Assembly: GCA_963575745.1 (NCBI GenBank) | Contig: CAUYUJ010000008.1 | Location: 62,001 to 119,635 of the forward strand | Length of the DNA stretch: 57,635 nt | Origin: Prorocentrum cordatum | Lineage: Eukaryota | Direction: 5' to 3' | In this document: positions 29,561-43,445 of the stretch, piece after piece | Numbering within the stretch: position 1 is the first letter of the stretch | Layout: every line of letters begins with the position of its first letter | Notes under the pieces: model-generated | Databases searched by the model: none | Seen by the model: the letters and a program-made list of their open reading frames with translations, nothing else | Told to the model about the DNA's origin: nothing | Translations under genes and position numbers: made by a program

Positions 29561-29706
29561 CTGCGCCTCCAGGATCAGCGCGTCTATCGCCTGGCTCTCG
29601 GGCTCGGACTGGGGCGACGACCCCACGTAGATGTCGGAGCACGGGTTCAAAGAAGTGGACGACGCGCCGTTCCAGTCGGAGTCCCAGTTGCGGTTGAGGT
29701 CGACGC
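29561..29706 (-). CDS. M14 zinc carboxypeptidase, exon 5 (G-VDLNRNWDSDW...CSDIYVGSSPQSEPESQAIDALILEAQ)
   Basis: AG|G acceptor, phase-1 join with exon 4, DLNRN and SEPE M14 motifs. GC donor after 29561 (alternative after 29567). Confidence 0.93.
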
Positions 29707-29789
29707 CTCGGGGGATCGCAGGGTTTGATCTGCTGCAGCCATGGAGCGAAAATAACAGCTAGCGTGCTGAGGGGGAGGACGAGTAGGGG

Positions 29790-30540
29790 GGAGGAGGAGA
29801 AGGGGGAGGTGGAGGAGAAGGAGGGCGAGGAGGAGGAGGAGGAGAAGGAGAAGGAGGAGAAGGAGGAGGAGAAGGAGGAGGAGGAGGAGAAGGAGGAGGA
29901 GAAGGAGGACGAGGAGGAGGAGGAGGAGGAGGAGGAGGAGGAGGAGAGGAAGAGGAGAGGAGAAGGAGGAGGAGGAGAGAAGGAGGAGGTAGGAAGGAGG
30001 AGGGGGGAGGGGGGGAGAAGGAGGGGGAGGAGGAGGAGGAGGAGGAGGAGGAGTAGGAGGAGGAGGAGGAGGAGGAGGGGGGAGGAGGAGGAGGAGGAGG
30101 AGGAGGAGGAGGAGGAGGAGGCGGAGGAGGAGGGGGAGAAGGAGGGGGAGGAGGAGGAGGAGGAGGAGGAGGAGGAGGAGGAGGAGGAGGAGGAGGAGGA
30201 GGAGGAGGAGGAGGAGGAGGAGGAGGAGGAGGAGGAGGAGGAGGAGGAGGAGGAGAGGAGGAGGAGGAGGGAGGAGGAGGGGGAGGAGCAGGAGGAGGAG
30301 GAAGGAGGAGGAGGAGACGAGGAAAAGGAGGGGGAGGAGGAGGAGGAGGAGGAGGAGGAGGAGTAGGAGGAGGTGGAGGAGGAGGAGGAGAAGGAGGAGG
30401 AGGAGGAGAAGGAGGAGGAGGAGGAGGAAGAAAAGGAGGAGGAGGAGGAGAAGGACGAGGAGGAGGAGGAGGAGCAGCAGCAGCAGCAGGAGGAGGAGGA
30501 GGAGGAGGAGGAGGGGGAGAAGAAGGAGGAGGAAGGAGGG
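29790..30540. repeat. (GAG)n microsatellite
   Basis: Long GAG/AAG/GGG trinucleotide tract. Confidence 0.95.
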
Positions 30541-30879
30541 AAGCGAGGGAAACCAATGAGCCACGATGTACAGGCAGCCAGAGCAGGGCGGATCGACTGG
30601 CGACAAAAGCGCCGAGCAACGCGCGGACGCCTCGGGGGTCGCAGGTCCAAAACCTCTGGGCGCTGCGAAGAAAAAACGGCGGGCGCGTTCTCGCGAGCTC
30701 GGCGCGCGGAGGGCCCGATTTTCGGGGCCCTGGGCCTGGGAAAAAGTACCCCGCGACACTGAGCCCGCTGCTGGGACGAGATCGAGAGCTCTGGGGGCTC
30801 ACATAGTGAGGACACACACACACACGAATCATAAAAAAAACTAACAAACTCACAGAATCAACAGAACATCATTCTGAAC

Positions 30880-31200
30880 GTCTGGGGGGAGCAGGCACCC
30901 CTTCTTCTGAAGTCGCAGATCGTCTCGTGGCGTGCACCCCCAGGGATCTCGACCCCATCTCCACGGCACGCGTATGATCCCCAGATATCAAGCGCTTCGA
31001 TGTGCTGGATGCGAGCGGGGCCACTGACCCTCTCGAGCCCTTCCCCACGAAACATGACGACACACCAGCCACCCGAGGCGGCGGATGACTGGGTCCTGAG
31101 TCGCTGTTCGGATGCCCCGGGACCAGGGCACAGCCTCCAGAGGCCGAAGACGTCGAAACGCGCGCCAGCACCGACCTTGTTGCGACGCCCGGATCTCAGG
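30880..31200 (-). pseudogene. Possible highly decayed Copia RNase H fragment
   Basis: SGPARIQHIEALDIW..GDGVEI resembles the Copia RH C-terminal G.GR.RHLE...LW motif, and TSSASGGC resembles STSGG. Weak. Confidence 0.3.
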
Positions 31201-31599
31201 GCAGGTCTGTCCCGATGGCCGTCGCAGCAATGGGCATCCTAACATGAACCCAAGTGACACCGGGCCCTCCTCATCATCCTGCTTCTCCTCGTCCTCCTGC
31301 ACGCATGCCCAGAGGGAAGAGAGCTTCCGGACACCCTGCTGATGAAGCCAATCCCCCACCCATTCCATTGCCGAGGCAGAGGGGGAAGAAGAGGAGGAGG
31401 GGGAGGAGGAGGAGGAGGAGGAGGAGGAGGAGGAGGAGGAGGCTCCCCCCTCCCCCTCCTCCCTCATCCCCGCCCACCCGGGCCCAATGACGGCTTCGGT
31501 GTCGATGCGCGGCCCGCGACGGGCCAAGTGGTTCGCTCTCTGGTGCCTCGCTTGGTCGCGAAAGTGCCTCTGAAACGCCCCCCCCCCCACACTGCACCT

Positions 31600-32843
<1,244 letters not shown>

Positions 32844-33118
32844 AGTAGCGCACTTGTTGACAGAAGGCTAGGGAGTGTGGATGGTGGGGAATGCTATTGG
32901 TACATATTGCTTCAAAATTTTGATGGGTGGATTGGTAACTACTGTCATAAGGGTCCCGGCTGTGTCGGCGAGTGGGCATCGGCTCTCTCGCCGAGGTGGA
33001 CCACGTCACCCTCGCTCCTAGCTTGAGCTCTGCATAAGATCCATCCCTTAGAATCCTCCTCCCGCGCACGCCTCTGAGACAGCGCCCCCGCCGTGCCACC
33101 AAAATCTGGCCCCCCCGC

Positions 33119-33209
33119 CTGGGCAGCTGCCCCCGCCGTTGCTGGAGCGGCTCTTCCGCCACATAGCGAACGACGTCTGGGAGTACACGAACCCGTCCGG
33201 GTTTGCCAC
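33119..33209 (-). CDS. M14 zinc carboxypeptidase, exon 4 (VANPDGFVYSQTSFAMWRKSRSSNGGGSCP-G)
   Basis: AAG|GTG acceptor, CAG|GC donor; NPDG and WRK.R M14 motifs. Confidence 0.93.
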
Positions 33210-34287
33210 CTTAGGCAGCGGCCAGGCAGAAGGCAACTGCACCTCAACATCATGCCTGACCAGGGCCAGGCATGGTGGTGTATGGGTACCTTGTGCGGAC
33301 ATTGAGCAGGGGGGGTAGGAGGACGAGAAGGGGAGGCCCAGCTGAGTGGCAAGGGGGAAGGGGCACTCCACCAACTCCCCGTTCAATCCGTCATAGCCCG
33401 AACAAATATAGCCTGCCTGGCTGGCAGAGGCATCGCGCAGTCAGAAATCAACACACAGAACGAACGCAAAACACCGCATCGACCACAAGACATTCCGACG
33501 AAAACATGAGATGTTAGATCAGCGTCACGAAGAGCCCAAAGCATGCCAGGCAATCGCGCATCCGCGGTTAACGCCATAAAACGGCGAATGTCTCAAAGAG
33601 TTCTTGGTGGAGTCTGTGCGTGGTGCCGCAGGCCGTGTGCGCGGTGGCGCGTGCTTGGTGACTCGGGCAAAGTGCTGTGTGCGTGGTGACCCGCGCGTGG
33701 TGCTGTATGCGCAGTAGCGCGTGCTTCATACCACGTGCAGTGTGCGTGCTGCTCTGGGCACGTGCTGCCGTCTGCCGAGTGTCGTGCGCGAGATGCCCTG
33801 TGGGTGGTGCCGTCTGCCGAATGCCTCGCACGTGGTGCCATGCGCGTTGCGCCATGCGTGAATGGTGCCGAGTGGTGTGCGTGTGCGTGTGTGTTGTTGT
33901 TTGGGGCGCGGTGCCACGTCAGATCCCTGGAAGATCCCAGGATGCTGCTGAAAACTCCATGGTAGCTCCCTGGAAGCTCATCCATGGACGCTGCATGGAG
34001 TCTCGCTGAAAGTACGCTGGCGGTCCTGGGAGTCCAACACAAGACCTCTGTCCTGCAGCGCCAGACTCCCGTTCTCGCTCTATCCTCCTTTCGCGCTCGC
34101 TCATCCTTCCCTCGAACGCTCCAGGCTGGAAAAACTGACGGCCAACCAGCCAGGGCTGAAGCGTCGGCACCGCTGGTCCCGTCCACGCTTTCCGGCTTCC
34201 TTCTTCAGGCTGGGTTCGCCCACAGCGACCGGCAACGAGCCAAGCAGGCTGGATATGTAGAGTCATTGGCCCCGCTATGGCTGCCAC

Positions 34288-34409
34288 TGGGACAATCAAG
34301 AGCTCCACTCCGTCGAGCCAGCTCGGGTCGTCACGATGCCTCGCAATGGAGGCCTCCGCGAGGTACGTTGCCACCATCGCCGCAATCCACTCGCGAGCAT
34401 GCAGCAAGC
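34288..34409 (-). CDS. M14 zinc carboxypeptidase, exon 3 (G-LLHAREWIAAMVATYLAE...VELLIVP)
   Basis: CAG|GC acceptor, CCA|GT donor; HAREW is the HxxE zinc-binding motif. Confidence 0.93.
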
Positions 34410-35530
34410 CTGGAAAGCGGCGTACGCTTTTAGCAAGGTGTATGCCAAAACAGAGCCAAGCCTCTGCACTGCATGGTTCTGACGCTGCTTCCTGGTCCTG
34501 CCCCTCCTCAAGATATCCGTCGTCATGATGGCCATCGGAATCGTCACTGTCCTCATTGTTGTCCTTCGGCCGCATAGCACGACTGAATCCTGTACAGTGG
34601 CTGCTGCTTGGACAAAGGACAAACAAAACAGGGCAACCCAAACGAAACACCTGCATGTGCACGTAGCCTGTTTGCCCGCCCGTGCGGCACAGCGAAACCA
34701 ACATCGAGAAGCAGTTGGGAGTAGAGAGACATGATCCTACCGATGATTGACGATGTCATTGATGTACTATGTACTTGCATGTGGATGACGTTCACCCAAT
34801 GCGGGCATCGTACCACTGTGAGGCGACTAAATCCGAACCGCCAAGTTCAAGGGTTTCTGTGTGGCTTCTGGCTCGAGAAGCCACATGAAATCACCTCTGT
34901 GAACCGCTCGACATCGAGATCTCATCCAAATAGTCACCGACAGCAGAGAGATCAGCCGAGCCAGCCCACTCCTGGCTCGCCAGTCGAATGCCTCCGGCGG
35001 CAGGTTCATGCCGTGACGACGTCGGCCCCGGTTTCTGCCACGGCGGGAGCCCATTCGGCCTTGAACGATCTCCGCCGTCAGGGGCCCCCAGATGCTGCCG
35101 ACCCCAGCTTTCGGTGCGGCCCTCGCGGCGCGGAGGTGGGCTCCGTGGGCCCCCTGAGGCCCGAAACGAGCCCCACGAGAGGAGGGGAGCGGGAGAAGGA
35201 GGGGGGCGACATGGAGGGTGGGGATGAGCCGCGCGCAGCACGGGAGGCGCGACGCTCGCTTGTGATGCCTCCCTCGGGCACCCAACATGCACTACAGGTT
35301 CCACAACAAAGGCGGGGGGGGGGTATCTGAAGGATGGACCTCGGGGAGGGACGCGAGGAGAGCACCGTGCGCCTCCTCTCCGCGCTCCCAGCGCTCGAGA
35401 TCCTTCGTCCTCTCGGTGCGCCCTCCTCCCTCTGCGCCTTTCTCCTACGGGGCCCCCAGGCGTGGGAGAGGCGTCGTTCATCTCCCGACCGCCCCTCCAA
35501 GAAGAGCAGGACGGAGGTGGAGGAGCTGGA

Positions 35531-35694
35531 TGAAGGGGCCCTGGGACACACAAATAACTACACACAAATAACCGGATTCCCCATATTTTCATATATTTTC
35601 TGGGCTTCTGCCTTCCCCCTTCCACTTCCCACATTTTCCCAGATTCTCTGGGAATCGACGACTGGTTGTGTCTGTGTGCTCTCTCTCCTCCTGA
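35531..35694. mobile_element. 164-bp MITE-like element (family B, copy 1) with a 14-bp flanking duplication
   Basis: TGAAGGGG...CTCCTGA with subterminal inverted CACACAAA/TCTGTGTG. GTGGAGGAGCTGGA is duplicated at 35517-35530 and 35695-35708. Homologous to 42754-42918. Confidence 0.8.
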
Positions 35695-36117
35695 GTGGAG
35701 GAGCTGGAGCACACACGGGGGGCACGCGCCGTCTCCACGCCTCGGTCAAAGGGGATCGCTGACGCGAAGAGAGGGTACTGGGCACTGGGCACTGGGCTGG
35801 GAAGCGGCACGGGGCCGGGAAGCGGCAACCAGAGGCCAAAAATGAAAGAGAAACTGCCGTCGGGGATTTGTGAAACGACGCCTGCATTTTGGAGGGAAGG
35901 GAGGGAGGAAGCGATTTCCAGGCTCCGTCGGCAACCCTGATGGCACACGTGGCTCTCGGCCCCTGGCAGGGCAGGTCTTTCGTCCCGGATCTTTCCTCGA
36001 CGGCCCCAAAACCCAGACCCCGAAAACGGCCCCCAGACATGGAAGAAAACTGCCCCCGCCAACACGACGACCACGACAACGACCGCACCCATGACAACGA
36101 CCACGAGGACCATCCTC

Positions 36118-36187
<70 letters not shown>

Positions 36188-36288
36188 CGAGGGCGGCGAA
36201 AGTGGCGGCGGCGGGCGACGACGACGGCGAGGGCGGCGAAAGTGGCGGCGGCGGGGTGGGCGGCGGCGGCGGCGGGGTGGGCGCGCGC

Positions 36289-36364
36289 CCGTGACCAGCA
36301 CGCGCGCCATGCCTGGCCGCCAGGAGGCGCCCCGGAGCCGCACGGCGTGCAGCTGCCGGCCCTC
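36289..36364 (-). CDS. M14 zinc carboxypeptidase, exon 2 (EGRQLHAVRLRGASWRPGMARVLVT-G)
   Basis: GAG|GAG acceptor, G|GC donor. The EGR motif precedes HAREW, and the phase matches exon 3. Confidence 0.88.
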
Positions 36365-38019
36365 CTCGGGGGGGACAGCGTCGCCGCGTGCCCTGCCCTG
36401 CCCAAGGCCGGGCTCTAATGGCGCTGTGGCTCTATCGGCGATGCCTTGCCGTCGCTCGGACGTCCATTTCCCATGCACTTTTCGGTTTCGTGCGTTTGTT
36501 TTTTGTGCTCGATGGTCCAGGATGGTCCTCGATAGTTCTCGCCGAGAAAAAATGCACACGTCCGAGCGATGTAGATACTGGGAACCTAAATTTAGGAGAT
36601 CACGAGCCACGCTTTCCTACAGCTCCGATCTGCGAACGGATCGAGCAAGCACGACACGGCGAACTGTGGGAAAGCCGAAACCTACATCACCGTCAGCCCG
36701 TCTGCGGCCTGCCTGTCCTGCGCTGGTGCCTGATCCAGAGGAGGTCTGCTCGCAAGCTCCGCCGAGCATGGATTGCAAGCAAACTTCTTGCGTCGGCGGC
36801 TAGGCAGAGCCACTGCGCTGACGAACGGAACGAAACGGGGCAGGCGTTGAGCGAATTGCGTCACCGTGCAAGGGGGGGGGGAGGAGGACGGCAAGGAGAC
36901 GGCCGAGGGATTGCAAACAAACGAGGTCACCTGACTGATCGTCCCCCGCGGTGCGCGACGCGGGGTGATCTTCGCGCCCTCGCGCCCCCGCGCCGCCCTG
37001 TCGGTGAACGGCAGCCGCTCTAGCCCAGACCGACACGCGCGAAGCGCGACTATCTGAGCGCCCCCACCAGGTGAGGGGGGGGAGGCACCCGTGCGAGCGG
37101 AAAACCGACTCGGGTGAGCTGGCCCGAAGGCGCTGCGCAGTGACCCAACAGCTGAGGCCAGAGCCAAAACTGAAGCGCACAGAAAATGGAAGGGGCCCAC
37201 CCTACAGGTTCGGAACACACCACATCGTTGAGCGGTGGTGCGGCCTCCCCTGAGCACAGCCACCCCCCCCCGCGGGTGACCTAGACGAATTATGGGTTGT
37301 CCTGTCGAAATTGAAGGAAACCAGAGTGCCTCATGCCATGGCGGGAACGCGAGGCAGCTGGCGGCCATGCAGGAGGAGGCGGGAGGGAGCGGGCGGAGGG
37401 TGGAGGAGGATCGAGGATGGAGGTTTCGAGAAAATTCTGATGTCTCCTAAGGCGCCCTCGTCGTCACGGCTGGATCCGCCTCGAAATTCCCGCCAGAGCG
37501 CCCTCTACTGGGGGTAAATTTCTAAGGGGGGATCAAGACCCCTCGCGCCGAGAACAAAAAAATCGACGGAAGGTTCTTGGCAGTTTGCGGCCTCTAGGGG
37601 CCCTTGCAGGGCCAGGGGACAGTCAAAAAAACGCATGGGAATAAAAAAAAGGTCCCAGGGAGGGGGTCGAGAGGTCCTGAGGCCTCTTGCCGAAGAAAAG
37701 CATTACATCGGAGGTTTGAAAAGGAGGTTCGAGAGTCGAGTCCCAAGGTTCGAGGATCGAGCTCTGGACGCTTCTGGGTGCCTTTCTAAGCATCCTGGGG
37801 CGCCCTCGTCGCTCTGGCTGGATCCCCCTCGAACCCAGAACACATCCCAGACCACACCGCAGACCATGTCCAAGGCCGCATCCTCCTCCACCTCATTATC
37901 GGCATCGTCATCATCACCGCCCTGATCGTCATCGTCGTCCTTTAGCATCACCAATCATCCGAAACGAGAGAACCAGCAGACCTCAAACTTATAGTCACTT
38001 GTTTTACCTTATTACACCT

Positions 38020-38830
38020 CCTCATCCTCCTCATCATGAACGTCCTTATCCTCCTCATCCTCCTCCTCCTCGTCATCAGCATCATCATCATCAGCAGCAG
38101 CAGCCTCATCATCACCACCACCGCAATCGTCGTCATCATAATCAGCAGCAGCATCAGCAGCATCATCATCATCATCATCAGCATCATCATCATCAGCAGC
38201 ATCAGCATCATCATCATCATCAACATCATCATCAGCATCATAATCATCATCGTTAGCATCATCATCGCCGTCAGCATCATCGCCACCACCACAATCGTCG
38301 TCGTCATCATTAGCATCGCCAGCATCATCATCAGCATCAGCATCAGCATCACCATCATCAGCAGCAGCATCTTCATGCTCATCATCACCACCACCAACAC
38401 CACCACCTCCACCACCATCATCCTCATCATCCGTATCATCATCAGCATCAGCAGCATCAGCATCATCATAATCACCATCATCAGCATCGTCATCATCGAC
38501 ATCATGATCAGAAGCAGCATCATCAGTATCATCATCCTCTTCATCATCAGCAGCATCGTCCTCATTATCATCCGCATCATCATCAGCAGCAGCAGCAGCA
38601 CCATCACCAACAACAGGAACACAGTCATCTGCTCCAACAGCAGCAGCAGCAGCATCATTATCAGCAGCATCAGTACCAGCATCATCATCACCATCGCCAT
38701 CACCATCACCATCACCAACACCAGCACCATCATCAGCAGCAGCATAATCCTAGTCGTCCTCGTCCTCGTCCTCGTCTTCATCCTCCTCATCCTCATCGTC
38801 ATCAGCACCACCACCGTCTTCATCGTCCAA
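38020..38830. repeat. Degenerate (CAT/CAG/CAC)n microsatellite
   Basis: Trinucleotide periodicity. Confidence 0.93.
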
Positions 38831-38976
38831 ATCCTCAATGTCCTTGCCCTCCTCCTCCAGAACCCCTCACCCTCCCCCGCCCCTTTCCCTTCACCTCGCC
38901 CTTTCCGTCCCATCCCCTCCACCTCCCCCCTCCCCTCCTTTGCCTCCCTCCCCTCCCCCCTCATCTTTCCTCATCC

Positions 38977-39113
38977 TGGGGGGGGGGCAGAAAGATACCG
39001 ATACCGCTACTCCCTGGGCCTCTCTTACGGTGCGTTCATATCAGGAATTCGAAGCGAACCCAGCCGTGGCAACGAGGGACGGGTATTGGTATCAGTATCC
39101 GTCCCTCCTCTGA
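38977..39113. mobile_element. 137-bp MITE-like element with 5-bp TSD (CATCC)
   Basis: Imperfect inverted GATACCGATACCG / TATTGGTATCAGTATC ends; CATCC at 38972-38976 and 39114-39118; ends in TGA. Confidence 0.55.
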
Positions 39114-39447
39114 CATCCACCCCGCCTGCGCGTCAGTAGCCTCCTGCTGATGAAGGATGCTTTCGAGGGAGCGGCGCCGCAGCCGCCAATGCCCGAGCCC
39201 CCCTGCGCCAGCGTCGGGCGGGCCAGCGGGCGTCGGCCGGCAGGGGTGGGCATTACGTACACGTGTTCGGCAGGGAGCCTCACCGAAGACTGTCCCAGAG
39301 ATTCCCAGAGATCCCAGAGGTCCTGCCCTGCTCAGAGCCTGGCAGACCGACCTGGCCTCGGCTCCAGGCCTGGGGAGGCGGCACCCACACGGCGCGCCCG
39401 GCAGAGCGAGCCAAGAGGAGCGGCGGCGTGCGCCAGCTCACCCCGGA

Positions 39448-39795
39448 AGAGGAGGGAGGAGGAGGAGGAGGAGGAGGAGGAGGAGGAGGAGGGAGGAGGA
39501 GGAGGAGGAGGAGGAGGAGGAGGGGAGGAGGAGGAGGAGGAAGGAGGAGGAGGAGGAGGAGGAGGAGGAGGAGGAGGAGGAGGAGGAGGAGGAGGAGGAG
39601 GAGGAGGAGGGAGGAGGGAAGAGGAGGAGGAAGAGGAGGAGGAGGAGGAGGAGGAGGGAGGGAGGAAGGGAGGGAGGAGGGAGGAGGGAGGAGAGAGGAG
39701 AGAGGAGGGAGGAGGGAGGAAGGAGGAGGGAGGAAGGAGAAGGGAGGAGGGAGGAGGGGCGGAGGAGAAGGGGGAGGGAGGAGGTGGAGGAGGAG
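39448..39795. repeat. (GAG)n / purine-only microsatellite
   Basis: GAG/GGGA tract. Confidence 0.93.
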
Positions 39796-40602
39796 TCAGC
39801 CCCCCAGTTGACCGGCTCCCATGCCAGGGGCACCACCCCCGAGCCCACGCGGACGTCCCGAGCGCGCCCCTCCATGGGGCCCCTGGATCGCAGCGCTGGC
39901 TGCGCCTATCCTCCGTGCGCCAGACACTGGATGGTCCCGATGACGCGTGCTGACGCTGGCGTGGGCCACGGAAAGACAGGACTCTCCCGCACGAGGACAC
40001 GGCGCCCGTACGCGATGGCCTGCGCGGGCCGCCAGCGCAGCACACCGCGCGGAAAGGCGGGCGCTTGCGCGGGATCCTATGCGGCCGCAGCTTGCGCACA
40101 GAGGTCCGCGCAGTCGACCCCCGTGTGCTTGCGCTGTTCACGTGTCCGTTCACAGGAACCCTTCGCTACTGGGAGCACGGTGCACCGAGAGCCCCCGATG
40201 GCTTCAGCGCCCCTTGGCGCGCTCACCGCGCCTGAGAAGGGGTGTGGGCAGCCCAGCACCACCCAAAGAAATCAGCACGAACCTCCGAAAGCGTGTCCCC
40301 ATGCCGCCCTATACTCCTCTAGATCCACGACCCCTCGGCCCCTACCCGATAAGAGGCCTCCCAGATGGGGTCCGAGCAGCTTGGATCGGAGGATCGCGCC
40401 GCATCGCCTACACCTCGCCGATGCATCGGCGACGTCGGCGATGCAGCGCCGCCGTCGGCGCGGAGAGAACGCCGGGCTCCACGTCCAGCCGCACCGCCGA
40501 TTTGCCTCGGCGGTGCGGCGTGAGAGCCCCGGAGGCCCCGCCTGCGCCGCCAGGGGATGTGACCATCCGGGAGGCCTGGACCGACGGCCGCACCGGCCAG
40601 GC

Positions 40603-40763
40603 TTAAGTCGGGCGTGTCCCCCTACAGGGGGATTTTGGACGAGAAACAATAAGTATTCAAACAATACCCCAAAATTATCAAAACAATACTCAAATAAATA
40701 GTCCCCGAATTATGATTTAACTGTTTTGCACATTCCCCCTGTAGAGGGACAGGCCCGACTTAA
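40603..40763. mobile_element. hAT-type MITE, copy 1 (8-bp TSD GGCCAGGC)
   Basis: TIRs TTAAGTCGGGCGTGTCCCC.TACAGGGGGA / TCCCCCTGTAGAGGGACAGGCCCGACTTAA. Perfect GGCCAGGC at 40595-40602 and 40764-40771. Confidence 0.88.
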
Positions 40764-41024
40764 GGCCAGGCACCCTCTTGTGGATGCCATGACAATGGAC
40801 ACCCTAACAGTCCTACCATCGAATTAAAAATGTGTTGCAAATGTCGGAAAATGTCCTGGAAATGCCTAAAACATCTTCTTTACATATTTAAAACATAATG
40901 GAAACATGTTTTAGGCATCTGGAAATTATTTGGCAATATGCTTCCTCTCCATTAATCGACTTCCACAACGATGGCCGCACTGGCCAGGCCGCTCCGCCCC
41001 CGCCCCCGCCTCCCTCCCGGGCGC

Positions 41025-41105
41025 CTGCGTGGTGGGCGACAGCACCTCCAGCGACGCGGCGCCGTGGGAGGCGTCCACCACGGACTGCAGGCGGTCCTGG
41101 ATGTC
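41025..41105 (-). CDS. M14 zinc carboxypeptidase, first exon recovered (DIQDRLQSVVDASHGAASLEVLSPTTQ)
   Basis: GAG|GAC acceptor, CAG|GC donor. Joins in phase 0 to EGR, giving the typical T.EGR junction. More 5' exons (propeptide) were not located with confidence. Confidence 0.75.
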
Positions 41106-42753
41106 CTCGGCAGCGGCAGAGGGGCGGAGGAGCCCGGGTCTCCCATACTGGGCCGGACGAAAGGGGGGGTACGAAATCTGCTGCATGCAGCCGGATTCAG
41201 CCCCACCGAGGGGCCCACTCTTCGATACATGACCGCCTCCGGCGCCAGGAGGCGCCGGGAAAATCAGCTACGTGAGCTGATTCTCAAACTCCCCCTTTGC
41301 TATCCCCCCCTTTCGCCCGGCCCGACTAATTATAGCCTCGCGCGTAGTGCCCCGCGATGCGCGACGCGCGGTTGTCTTCCGGGAGGGGCAAAGCATATCC
41401 ATGGCAACCGCCGTTGAGAGCCCGCAAGCGTCTTCTTTATGCTCCTTGCTTCTTCGTCCGCGTCCTCGTCCTCGTCCTCGTCCTGGTCGTCATCGTCGTC
41501 GTCGTCGTCATCAACGGCGGCGTCGGCGTCGTCGTCGGCGGCGGCGGCGTCGTCGTCGTCAGCGTCGTGCGCTGGGAGGCCGCTGGCAGTCGCCAGGTGG
41601 GCGGGGGCCCAGCTGGCCGCGGAGAGAGGTAGCAAGAGAGCCCGGAGACGGCCTGAGCGCTGAGCGGAGACGACCAGAGGCGATCACAGCTGCAGGGAGC
41701 AAAGAGACCCTCAGATCCTGGCGTCGCCCAAAATAAGGAGCCGAACTATATACACAAACGTTTTGTCCGGTCCCGCACTGAAATTCGCACCGGAAAGCGG
41801 ATCCTGGTGTATGCGGGATCCTGGTGTATACATTTTTCGCTATTGCCCCGGGAAAACGAAGAAACAAATATACACTACACCACCCCGACGTCGTCCCCGA
41901 CCCTCAAAAAGTCCTGGGATTGACAAAGAGCCCGCCACTGGTAATGTATACGTTCCAGTTTCCGGCAAAACTCGTGACGGCCCGCTTTTCACCAGGTTCT
42001 CGACCGCCGGACGCCAGGTCCTGGCCCCAGGGCCATCAAAACAAGAGAACTGGATCCCGGCGGCGGGGAGGGGCTCGAGATTCCGGGGGCCCATGCCACA
42101 ATTTAAGACTCGACGTCGGAGAAGAAGGGATGGAGGTGGAGCGAGGAGGAGAAGGAGGAGGAGGAAGAGGAGGAGGAGGAGGGAGGAAGAAATGGGAGGA
42201 GAAGGAGGAGGAGGAGGAGGAGAAGAAGGAAGGAGGAGGAGGGATGAGGAGGAGCAGCAGCCGCAGCAGGAGCAGCAGTAGGAGCCCGACTGGCCGCGGC
42301 CAGAGTTAGCCCGCCGAGCTCTGGTCTTTCCTGCCGCGCCCCACAGCTCGGGCCTGGGCTCCAGGACGCCCGCGGTGCAGCCGTGGGACTGGAGACCGCC
42401 TGGACGGGGCCAGAGAACACATCGGCGATGCATCGGCGATGCATCGGTTCACGCTGGGATGGAGATAGATTGCAAAAAAAACCTTGAACGAAGGATTGCA
42501 AAAAAACCCTTGAACGAAGGATTGCAAAAAAACCAGGATTGCAATCCTTCAATCCTTGGTTTTTTTGCAGGTCGGACGGAAAGAGGGTCAGCAAAGGGGC
42601 CCAAACCCCCCCCTCACGCCGTGCGGAGAAACGGCGGGAGGCGTTTCGCAGCTGTCGGCCTCCGGGGGCCCTCGCCGGCCCCTGGAAAGCCAAAGGACGC
42701 CTCGCGACGAAGATCTGGTCCCAGGGAAGGGCTCGAAGCCTTCAGGGCGTCAC

Positions 42754-42918
42754 TGAAGGGGAACTGGAACACACAAATAAATACACACAAATAAAAATAT
42801 CCCCCCATATTTTCCCATATTTTCTGGGTTTCTGTCTTCCCCCCCCACTTCCCATATTTTCCCATACTTTCTGGGAATCGCCGATTAATTGTGTCTGTGT
42901 GTTTTTTTCCCCTCCTGA
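42754..42918. mobile_element. 165-bp MITE-like element (family B, copy 2) with 5-bp TSD GTCAC
   Basis: TGAAGGGG...CCTCCTGA; GTCAC at 42749-42753 and 42919-42923; homologous to 35531-35694. Confidence 0.82.
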
Positions 42919-43292
42919 GTCACGTTGTGAAAGCAGCATGGCTTCGGGGTCACAGTCGGGGCGCCGACCTGTGGAACCCTAGATATAAGGAACGAGGCCC
43001 CATGTTCCCAAAAGCTGAGCTTCAATTCCCCATGGAAAACAGTCGAGAAACCCAAGGCAGACTGCACCACAGTCCAGGAACGCCGAGCCCCTCCCCAACG
43101 AAAAGGGTTCCTTCTTCAGCCCCGTCTGCATGGGAAAGCGGGGGGGTCGCGAAGCAGCTCGCGCAGCTGATTCTCTGGGCGCCTCCCCGCGCCGGGAGGC
43201 GCGCCAACGTCGTGCCCAGGGAGAAGGCGCCTGGCGGCGGGGCCGGAACCAGCTGCATGCAGCAGCTTTCGTGCCCCCCCCGTTCGCCAACC

Positions 43293-43445
43293 TTAGGTCG
43301 GGTCTGTCCCCCTACAGGGGGATTTCCGACGAAAAATGAAAACCAAAATTCAAAAAATACCCCAAAATGGTAATGAAAAAAGTCCCCAGACTATTTTTCT
43401 ACTGTTTTTGAACGTTCCCCCCGTAGAGGGACAGGATCGACTTAA
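43293..43445. mobile_element. hAT-type MITE, copy 2 (8-bp TSD CGCCAACC/CGCTAACC)
   Basis: Same TIRs and AT-rich core as 40603-40763; TSD 7/8 identical at 43285-43292 and 43446-43453. Confidence 0.85.

Noticed and set aside
29370..30853. Poly-S/L/P/E ORFs
   Set aside because: Translations of the (GAG)n tract. Only 29561-29706 is a real exon, in a frame not listed as its own ORF.
37030..37090. SPPSPGGGAQIVALR as a possible M14 EGR exon
   Set aside because: A better exon with canonical EGR and correct splice phases exists at 36289-36364.
42331..42399. Candidate propeptide exon of the M14 gene (CAG|GC...CAG|GA)
   Set aside because: Splice-like ends but no recognisable motif or way to fix the frame, so it cannot be supported.
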